64,000 nucleotides of DNA, from positions 1 through 64,000 of the forward strand of contig JAPDJH010000002.1 in NCBI GenBank assembly GCA_029259175.1, given 5' to 3'. A program made the translations under genes and the position numbers. Below, piece by piece: positions 57,437-64,000 of the stretch; the first letter of the stretch is position 1; each line of letters opens with the position of its first letter. This DNA is from Hadesarchaea archaeon (lineage in GTDB: Archaea; Hadarchaeota; Hadarchaeia; Hadarchaeales; Hadarchaeaceae). Under the pieces are notes generated by a model. It was not told where the DNA came from, made no database searches, and worked only from the letters and a program-made list of their open reading frames with translations.

Positions 57437-58836
57437 TCGATCACCGGCCAGTTGGGCCCGATTCTCAGTCCGCGTCTCGCATCGACTTCCGGCCCTACTC
57501 TGGAGGCCTCCTCGATCACTTTTTCCTCGTCTATGGTGAGTATTTTTCTTTTTTCCATCACGACTCGCCCGTCGATTATTACCGTTTCTACATCGCTCCC
57601 GTTTGCCGCGTATACCAGGGTGGACACCGGGTTGCGAACCGGCACGAGGTGCGATTTCCGCATGTTTACCACTATGACGTCGGCAAGCTTTCCGGGCTCG
57701 ATCGATCCCAGCTCATCGCCCCAAAGCGTGGCTTTCGCCCCGTTGACGGTGGCCATCTCCAACACGCGCTCGGCGGGCATGACGATGGGGTTCAACAAGC
57801 GAGCTTTGTGAATTATGGCTGCCAGCTTCATCTCTCGGATCATGTCGTAGCAGTCGTTGCTCGGACCCCCGTCGCACCCAAGCGCAACATTCACTCCCGC
57901 GTCCAGCATCTCGGGAATCGGGGCGAAGCCGGATGCCAGCTTCAAATTGGAGGCCGGACAGTGGCACACGGTGCCCCCCGTTTCACGCAAGATGGGGAAG
58001 TCTTCCGGTGGCATCCACACGCAGTGCACGTAGATCACCTTCACATCTGGACCCACCAAGTTGCAGTGTTTCATGAACTGCATGGGGGTCATACCAAACT
58101 CGTTGCGCATGTAGCGGATATCGTCCTGGACTTCTGCGAGGTGCAGCGTTATCCCCGTCTGGTACTTGCGGGCGTTTTCTCCGATCTCACGATAGTACTC
58201 CACCGTGGCTCCCCCCGGGGTGCGCGGCCCGAACCAGATGTGAATGCGATTGTTGGCCTTCCCGTGCCACCGTTTGATCATCTGGATGCACTGACGCATC
58301 GCCGTCTCTCCGTCCTCCCGCATGTCCGGATGGATCGCCTCCGGGAAGTCCGCGTATCCAGGGAGGTTCATGAGCTTCTTGCTTATGGCCCCCCTCATTC
58401 CCACTTCCTCCACGGCTCGAGGTACCTCGTCCAGACCGTACTTCCAGTGAAGACTGCTCTCCACGAAGCAAGTGGTACCGGATTTGATCATCTCGATGCA
58501 GCACAGCTTGGCGCTCAGCTCGCCCTCGCGGGGGGTGTAGCTTCCCTGGAGCGGGTGCACCCGCTTGGTCAGCCAATCGACAAGCGAGAGATCGTCCGCA
58601 CACCCCCGCAACAAAGCTTGGGCGAGGTGGACGTGACAGTCCACGAAGCCCGGCAGGATCAAGCGATGGGTACAATTGTATTCACGATCCGCGCGCGGAT
58701 ACTCCTTCACGATGTCAGAGGTTTTTCCGACAGCGACTATGCGGTTTCCATCGATGGCGACTGCGCCGTCCTTGATGATTTCGCGCCGTTCGTTCATGGT
58801 GATTACGGTACCGTGCTTGAGCAAGATGGAAACCAT
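57433..58836 (-). CDS. Amidohydrolase (MTA/SAH deaminase / AtzA-TrzA family)
   Basis: DCHVH, LHLAE, VHCV, HCPASNLKLASG, LGCDG..SN. Confidence 0.92.
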   Translation of the reverse strand: MVSILLKHGTVITMNERREIIKDGAVAIDGNRIVAVGKTSDIVKEYPRADREYNCTHRLILPGFVDCHVHLAQALLRGCADDLSLVDWLTKRVHPLQGSYTPREGELSAKLCCIEMIKSGTTCFVESSLHWKYGLDEVPRAVEEVGMRGAISKKLMNLPGYADFPEAIHPDMREDGETAMRQCIQMIKRWHGKANNRIHIWFGPRTPGGATVEYYREIGENARKYQTGITLHLAEVQDDIRYMRNEFGMTPMQFMKHCNLVGPDVKVIYVHCVWMPPEDFPILRETGGTVCHCPASNLKLASGFAPIPEMLDAGVNVALGCDGGPSNDCYDMIREMKLAAIIHKARLLNPIVMPAERVLEMATVNGAKATLWGDELGSIEPGKLADVIVVNMRKSHLVPVRNPVSTLVYAANGSDVETVIIDGRVVMEKRKILTIDEEKVIEEASRVGPEVDARRGLRIGPNWPVIE

Positions 58837-58922
58837 ATCAACCCCGTTAATAGACGAATCTCGCTTTAAAAAACTCTCGCCCCAAGTCCCGCGCGCTTCT
58901 GAAAATATTTCTAGATCTAGAG

Positions 58923-59211
58923 GGGTTCTCTTCGAAACTTTGACCCGCAGATACTTTCGCCTACCCCTCTCCCCGAAACGGGCTTAAAGAGAGAGGTGGA
59001 ACCGCTTTACGGGATGCCCCGGGGCCAGTGACTCCAGTGCGCGCTTCTCGCACCGTCCGTGGCGCTCTGCGGGAAGCGGGATTGCGCGGGTCGACAGGCC
59101 CGGGGAAGAGGTTCCCGGAGCAGCGCTCCGGGAACGGGGCCGTGCGGGTTCCGGCCCTGAAGGCGGCCTAGAGCCGCTAACTTCGGAGGTCAGGGCTTCC
59201 GAAGAGAACCC
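58923..59211 (+). ncRNA. ~290-nt structured repeat element, copy 2 (MITE-like / novel ncRNA)
   Basis: GGGTTCTCTTCG...CGAAGAGAACCC ends; TAGAG on both flanks; homologous to 47910-48195. Confidence 0.7.
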
Positions 59212-59242
59212 TAGAGAGAACACCGGAAATTGATGGGGTCAA

Positions 59243-59851
59243 ATGGAGCTCGTGCTCGTGGGCCGTTCCAACGTGGGCAAGTCCAGCCTGATCAGACGAT
59301 TAACCGGCCTGCGCGTCCGAGTGGGAAAACGTCCGGGCGTTACGCGCAGGACGAGACGATACCGATTGGATGGATTGGAAGTGGTGGACCTCCCCGGCTT
59401 TGGCTTCATGTCCGGCGTTCCAAGGGGGATCCAAGAAAGGATTAAAACTCAGCTTATCCGTTATCTCGAAAGTCACAGCAAGCGCATTGGAGTGGCAATA
59501 GAGGTCATCGACGCCCGCTCGTTCCCAGAGATAGTCGAGCGCTGGGAGCGCCGGGCCCAGATCCCTGTCGATGTGGAGTTCTTCCATTTTTTGAAAGACC
59601 TGCGCCTGGATCCGATCATAGCCGTGAACAAAATCGATTTGATATATCCGGACGAGCGCGACGATCTCTTGGACTTCATTTGTGAGCGAATGGACATGCT
59701 GCCTCCCTGGAGACAGTGGCTTGACGTGGTCGCGCCGGTGTCAGCGCGCACGGGTGAGGGGATTGCCCATCTCCGCCGGCTGATCGAAAAGAGGCTGCGA
59801 AAAAAGAAAATGGAGCACCTCATGAGGGTCTTCCGCAAGCGTAGCGGATAG
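59243..59851 (+). CDS. engB: GTP-binding protein EngB (archaeal)
   Basis: GRSNVGKSS, PGVT, DLPGFG, NKID, WRQW. Confidence 0.93.
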   Translation: MELVLVGRSNVGKSSLIRRLTGLRVRVGKRPGVTRRTRRYRLDGLEVVDLPGFGFMSGVPRGIQERIKTQLIRYLESHSKRIGVAIEVIDARSFPEIVERWERRAQIPVDVEFFHFLKDLRLDPIIAVNKIDLIYPDERDDLLDFICERMDMLPPWRQWLDVVAPVSARTGEGIAHLRRLIEKRLRKKKMEHLMRVFRKRSG

Positions 59852-59855
59852 CGAA

Positions 59856-60746
59856 CTATTTCAGTTCAGAACGAGCGGGTGACGTGACGAGTTTTCTGAT
59901 GACTTTCCAGAGATCGATGTCCGGGGTCTTCCCGCGCCGGAGGTCGTCAACGGCTACGAGCGTGTCGAGCCCGATTTTGATCATGTCCTCTTCCAGTTTT
60001 TTCTTGTCCACCTTGCTGACATCGATCTCTCCCTCCGCCGCTGGCGATGCCAGTATTGCGAGCAGTTCACACGTGAGGATTTTACCGGGGCGTTGGCCTT
60101 CATAGAAGTCCCGGATTATGCAGTACACGGAGAACTCCATCGAGCTGGCCATCACTCCCATTCGCTTGTATGATTCGAGCTTGGGCTCCATGAACTCGCG
60201 CAGCGGTGAAAAGTGTGGTGTTTCCACGAAGTAGAGATCGTCTTTGACGTGCGTGATCCCCACCCATAGATTCTCCAGCAGCTCGTACCCGTGTTTTTCT
60301 GCCACTCCCGCCACGATGGGGATCAGCTCCGGATTCGCCATGGCTGGATACTCGGCTCCCACAACGGCTCTGGTCGTCCCCTCGTCTCGCACGCAGCCGG
60401 CGCTTATCACGAGGTCTCCAACGCGGATAAACGTCTGGAGCGCCCCCGCGGTCCCGAGTCTGAGCAGCGTTACGGGGCCCTCGGTGGCTTCGATGGCCTC
60501 GGGAAGAACTATTGCGGTGCTAGCGGGCCCCATGCCTGTGGGGAAGGCAGAGACTGGAATGCCTCGGTACTCGCCGCTGACAACCGTGTGCCCCCGATCC
60601 CCCTCCACCATCTCAACGTTTTTCAGGTATTTCGCAATTTTTTTCACCCGCCCGGGAGAACCTGCCGTGAGGATGTTGGGATGGAGTTTGTCGATCTCTA
60701 GGTGATAGGCTTTCCCCGTTGCGGTTTTGAAAGTTATGGACACCAT
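59856..60746 (-). CDS. Nucleoside (uridine-type) phosphorylase
   Basis: YHL, GSPGRV, TGMG..S, RLGTAG, RDEGT, SME. Confidence 0.88.
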   Translation of the reverse strand: MVSITFKTATGKAYHLEIDKLHPNILTAGSPGRVKKIAKYLKNVEMVEGDRGHTVVSGEYRGIPVSAFPTGMGPASTAIVLPEAIEATEGPVTLLRLGTAGALQTFIRVGDLVISAGCVRDEGTTRAVVGAEYPAMANPELIPIVAGVAEKHGYELLENLWVGITHVKDDLYFVETPHFSPLREFMEPKLESYKRMGVMASSMEFSVYCIIRDFYEGQRPGKILTCELLAILASPAAEGEIDVSKVDKKKLEEDMIKIGLDTLVAVDDLRRGKTPDIDLWKVIRKLVTSPARSELK

Positions 60747-60902
60747 GGGCACACCTTGTTTTAGTCGCAGCCCCGGATTAAAAACATAATGGGCTTTGGG
60801 AGTTTGTGTCTGTTTTGAGAAGTCTGTATGAGCCACTCGCTTGTCCGGCCTGGGCAAAGGTTTCTGAACCTTCTTTAGCACGTATGTCGCATCCTTATAA
60901 CC

Positions 60903-61175
60903 TCAGGTGTGCACACGTGTGCAGTGCCAGCCCTCGATCCTAAACTTGAACCACTTGAGTTCGGGTCCCTCAAAAGACCTCAAGAACTCAGCGAACTCCA
61001 CCGAGTGTTTTTCTTCAACAATGTAGACGGAACCACCGATCTTCCTCCAGCTCCCGGCCGGAAGGTCGTTCAAGAGCCGCTGAAGCCTTGCGTAGAACCA
61101 CCGCCTTTTCTTTGTCCCCCTCCTCAGATCCCAAGTGAAGAGGATCCAGCGCTCTGTGTGTGCACACGTGTGCAT
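60903..61175 (-). CDS. Small Cas2/VapD-like ferredoxin-fold protein (tentative)
   Basis: About 90 aa; WILFTWDL...RRWFYARL...IGGSVYIV pattern. Confidence 0.5.
   Translation of the reverse strand: MHTCAHTERWILFTWDLRRGTKKRRWFYARLQRLLNDLPAGSWRKIGGSVYIVEEKHSVEFAEFLRSFEGPELKWFKFRIEGWHCTRVHT
60907..60923. repeat. 17-bp palindrome-containing direct repeat, copy 1
   Basis: GTGTGCACACGTGTGCA. Confidence 0.9.
61158..61174. repeat. 17-bp palindrome-containing direct repeat, copy 2
   Basis: GTGTGCACACGTGTGCA. Confidence 0.9.
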
Positions 61176-61336
61176 TCCCGTTCCCCATTCACGTGGAGGC
61201 CGCTTATAAAGGGAAAAAAACCCCAATTGAGCATGGTGGGATGCTTACGCTACGGAGTTTCTTCTAGATCCGCGTCCACCAATCGTTTTCCGCCGAGCAT
61301 CCGCAAAGTTTGTATCAGCCGAGCCCCGACCGCAAT

Positions 61337-62023
61337 TCAGAACTGCCCGTGGTTCAAGCGGAGATGCAGCCGCAGGTGTTCTATGGCCAGCAGGCCGAAG
61401 TATAGGGGGAGGGTCCCCTCCGCCGCCGTCCGAGCGCCTCCCCACACAGGGCACAGAATCCAACTCCCGAGCGCGAACACGCCCGTTCCAGCACATGCTA
61501 GGCCTATTTTTCGCTCCAGCGGATCTGCCAGCTCCCACACAAAGAGCTGAGGCGCGAGAACCGCTACTGCCGCGAGGGGGGCCAAAACGAGGGTTATGAG
61601 CGCACCACCACCCACACCCAGTGCGGCGCCGAGCGCGAACACTATCCATGCGTAAGCTAGGCCTGCCGGAACGGACCAGCTGCCGATCCGGAGGAGCTTG
61701 CTTCGCTCCGAGTCCCTTTTCCCCCACAGCAGAGCCCATGCCGAGAGCCACAGAACCAACACCGCCAGCCCGAAGTGCAGGCTCAAGATGCGGGGAAATC
61801 TCCCGAAAACCGAGTAGAGATAGTAAAAGGGGGCGTCGGGCGATAGAGCAAGGGTTGGGAAGAAAAAGGTGGTGAACATGTAAAATCCGATATAGGAGGC
61901 GATGAAGAGCCGGAAGGCCCATCTCACTTGGTTCTTTGTCCGTCCGCGATAGAGCCAGCGGGTTCGCACACGCTCTATTTGGGCTCTCCGAGTTATAAAT
62001 CTGAACTTTTTATCAATGTACAA
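61337..62023 (-). CDS. Hypothetical multi-pass membrane protein (start uncertain)
   Basis: About 6 hydrophobic segments. Confidence 0.55.
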   Translation of the reverse strand: MYIDKKFRFITRRAQIERVRTRWLYRGRTKNQVRWAFRLFIASYIGFYMFTTFFFPTLALSPDAPFYYLYSVFGRFPRILSLHFGLAVLVLWLSAWALLWGKRDSERSKLLRIGSWSVPAGLAYAWIVFALGAALGVGGGALITLVLAPLAAVAVLAPQLFVWELADPLERKIGLACAGTGVFALGSWILCPVWGGARTAAEGTLPLYFGLLAIEHLRLHLRLNHGQF

Positions 62024-62052
62024 AAGTGTACACTAAAGTATTAAATAGTACA
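62017..62052. promoter_or_regulatory. TRP boxes (TrpY operator)
   Basis: TGTACA-N4-TGTACA-N4-AGTATT-N4-AGTACA upstream of trpE. Confidence 0.7.
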
Positions 62053-62070
62053 TTGGACAAAGATGGGAGG

Positions 62071-63501
62071 ATGACGAAACTGGAATCACGTGCCGGTGGT
62101 GCCCAGCGCGCCTTAAGGCTCTCCATCCGGACGAGCGAGGGGGAAAGAGACCCGGCGTTGCTTTACTTTGGGATCCAGCAACTGGGCAAGCCCTCGTTCC
62201 TGTTGCAGTCGGCCGCCGGTCCGGGTGAGAGCGCTCGCTACTCGGTAATAGGTTTTGACCCCTTGCTCTACATCCGGATTCAGCGTGGAAAAGTCGTCTT
62301 GGACGGAGATCCGGATTTCGTTGAGTTCGCGGAGAACCGAGTGGGCGACGGTGACTCCCTCTCCAAGCTTCAACGCGCCATGGGATTCGGAGAACTGCTG
62401 ACCCCTTCCCCCGATCCCCGGTACGCCCTTTCCTGTGTCGGATACATCAGCTACGATTTTATCCGGGAGCTTGTGGATGTGGGCGACACGGCAGTGGATG
62501 ACACCGCTCACCCCGTATTGGAGTTCATGCTCCCCTCACGCGTGATAGTGATAGACCACCTCTCGCACAAGACCCACTGGGTGCGCGTGGGTTTTGGAGA
62601 TCAGAACGTGTCCGGTGGCTTGGACGAGATGGGCGCTTTCCAGCCGGTCTCACCCGGTGAGGTGTCCAGTCAGGGGTCTGTCAAACAGACGAACATAGGG
62701 CGTCGCGATTTCGAATCGGCAGTCCAGCGAGCCAAGGAGTACATACGGGCGGGCGATGTTATCCAAGTGGTTCTCTCCCGCCGCATCGAGCTGTCTCCCA
62801 TGCCTGATCTGAGATATTTCTATTTGAACCTCATCCGGATCAACCCCTCTCCGTACATGTTCTTCCTTGACTTTCCCGCGGCCCGCGTGGTCGGATCCAG
62901 TCCCGAGATTCTGGTGAGAGTGAAAGACCGAGAGGTGATCACACGCCCCATCGCTGGAACGCGGAGGCGGGGTAGAGACCCGGCGGACGAACACGCGATG
63001 GAGACGGATCTGCTCTCAGACGAGAAAGAAAAAGCTGAACACGTGATGCTGGTGGATCTCGGCCGCAACGACATCGGAAGAGTGTCAGAGTTCAACTCGG
63101 TGCGGGTAACGGAGTTCATGCGGGTGGAAAAATACAGCCACGTGCAACACTTGGTGAGCAACGTGGTCGGACGCTTGCGTCCGGAATGCGACGCGTTCGA
63201 TGCCTTGCGCGCAACATTTCCTGCTGGCACAGTTACCGGCGCACCCAAGGTTCGCGCAATGGAGATAATTGAGGAGCTGGAGCCAACGCGACGTGGCATT
63301 TATGCGGGGGCGGTCGGCTCCTTCAGCTACGGTGGCGACGCCGACCTTGCCATCACCATTCGAACCCTGGTGGCCGACGAAAGACGAGCCTTTATCCAGG
63401 CAGGCGCTGGCGTGGTGGCCGATTCGGTACCCTGGAAGGAGTACTATGAAACCGAAAACAAAGCTAGAGCGCTGCTCGTCGCTGCGGGGGTGGAGGAATG
63501 A
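62071..63501 (+). CDS. trpE: Anthranilate synthase component I
   Basis: GDVIQVVLS, NPSPYM, SSPE, PIAGT, EHVMLVDLGRND, FPAGTVTGAPK, QAGAG. Confidence 0.93.
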   Translation: MTKLESRAGGAQRALRLSIRTSEGERDPALLYFGIQQLGKPSFLLQSAAGPGESARYSVIGFDPLLYIRIQRGKVVLDGDPDFVEFAENRVGDGDSLSKLQRAMGFGELLTPSPDPRYALSCVGYISYDFIRELVDVGDTAVDDTAHPVLEFMLPSRVIVIDHLSHKTHWVRVGFGDQNVSGGLDEMGAFQPVSPGEVSSQGSVKQTNIGRRDFESAVQRAKEYIRAGDVIQVVLSRRIELSPMPDLRYFYLNLIRINPSPYMFFLDFPAARVVGSSPEILVRVKDREVITRPIAGTRRRGRDPADEHAMETDLLSDEKEKAEHVMLVDLGRNDIGRVSEFNSVRVTEFMRVEKYSHVQHLVSNVVGRLRPECDAFDALRATFPAGTVTGAPKVRAMEIIEELEPTRRGIYAGAVGSFSYGGDADLAITIRTLVADERRAFIQAGAGVVADSVPWKEYYETENKARALLVAAGVEE

Positions 63502-64000
63502 GAGTGGTAGTGATAGACAACATAGACAGTTTCGTGTACAATTTGGTTCACTACCTTGGCGAACTCGGGGCACAGCCGGTGGTGTTTACCAATCGAGCCT
63601 CGTTGAAACAGATCGAGAAAGCGAAGCCGGAGCGAATAGTCATCTCTCCAGGGCCCAAGCGACCGGAAGACGCCAGGGTCTCTTTGGAGGTGGTCAGACG
63701 ATTTGCTGGAGAGATCCCGATTTTGGGCGTCTGTTTAGGTCACCAAGTAATCGCATATGTATTTGGCGGACGCGTGGTTCAGGCCAAGCGTCTGATCCAT
63801 GGCAAGGTCTCCAAGATCCGGCACAACGGCGACCCCCTCTTCCGCAGCATCCCCAGCCCCTTCGAGGCCACTCGGTATCACTCTCTCGCTGTGGAGCGGA
63901 AGAGTCTTCCGCCAGAGCTCGAGATTATAGCCGAAACCGATGACGCCGATCGAGAGGTGATGGCCATCCGGCACCGCGCGTACCCCGTATTCGGCGTGCA
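63498..64000 (+). CDS. trpG: Anthranilate synthase component II (glutamine amidotransferase), partial
   Basis: Hand translation MRVVVIDNIDSFVYNL...ISPGP...GVCLGHQ...RYHSL. Confidence 0.93.
   Translation, partial: MRVVVIDNIDSFVYNLVHYLGELGAQPVVFTNRASLKQIEKAKPERIVISPGPKRPEDARVSLEVVRRFAGEIPILGVCLGHQVIAYVFGGRVVQAKRLIHGKVSKIRHNGDPLFRSIPSPFEATRYHSLAVERKSLPPELEIIAETDDADREVMAIRHRAYPVFGV

Noticed and set aside
55014-58869. Long plus-strand ORFs (453, 515, 484 aa)
   Set aside because: Antisense to iorA, acdA and the amidohydrolase; GC-rich codon shadow
48196-58922. Composite transposon bounded by the two repeats
   Set aside because: Each copy has its own distinct flanking duplication, the copies are diverged, and the cargo looks like ordinary metabolic genes
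47910-59211. SRP RNA, RNase P RNA, hammerhead or tRNA identity for the 290-nt repeat
   Set aside because: No SRP helix-8 motif, no GAGGAAAGUCC/ACAGAA RNase P regions, no complete CUGANGA hammerhead core, no cloverleaf; no convincing bulge-helix-bulge
60903-61175. CRISPR array or cas locus
   Set aside because: Only two repeats 251 bp apart, no spacer-sized units and no cas1 or other cas genes

Overview
Archaeal genomic window. The gene content (Tfx, IorAB, ADP-forming acyl-CoA synthetase, V4R regulators, PGF-pre-PGF, TrpY-type boxes, GGTGA/GGAGG RBSs) fits an anaerobic euryarchaeal/Hadarchaeales-like organism; this taxonomy is inference. Four zones. (1) 1-21.2 kb is a cell-surface island: large Gly-rich/DUF2341/LamG and beta-propeller proteins, two remotely paralogous TasA/AbpA-like exported proteins and two adjacent signal peptidases I. 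It is interrupted by an IS graveyard (ISA1214-like, IS110 x2, TnpB remnants x2) and two HTH-V4R paralogs with identical 3' ends. (2) 22.4-44.5 kb is a metal/Fe-S/thiol-redox island with a stand-alone Mbx/MBS-like peripheral arm, DUF5320 pair plus B12 radical SAM, Mrp, ArsR and MntR units and an FTR-thioredoxin fusion. (3) 44.5-61 kb is catabolic/housekeeping (deaminases, GDH, IorAB, AcdA, EngB, nucleoside phosphorylase). It carries two copies of a ~290-nt highly structured element and a solo Cas2/VapD-like gene bracketed by identical 17-bp palindromic repeats. (4) The trp operon starts behind TRP boxes. No CRISPR array, rRNA or tRNA was recognised. All assignments are by-eye motif recognition; no database searches were run.
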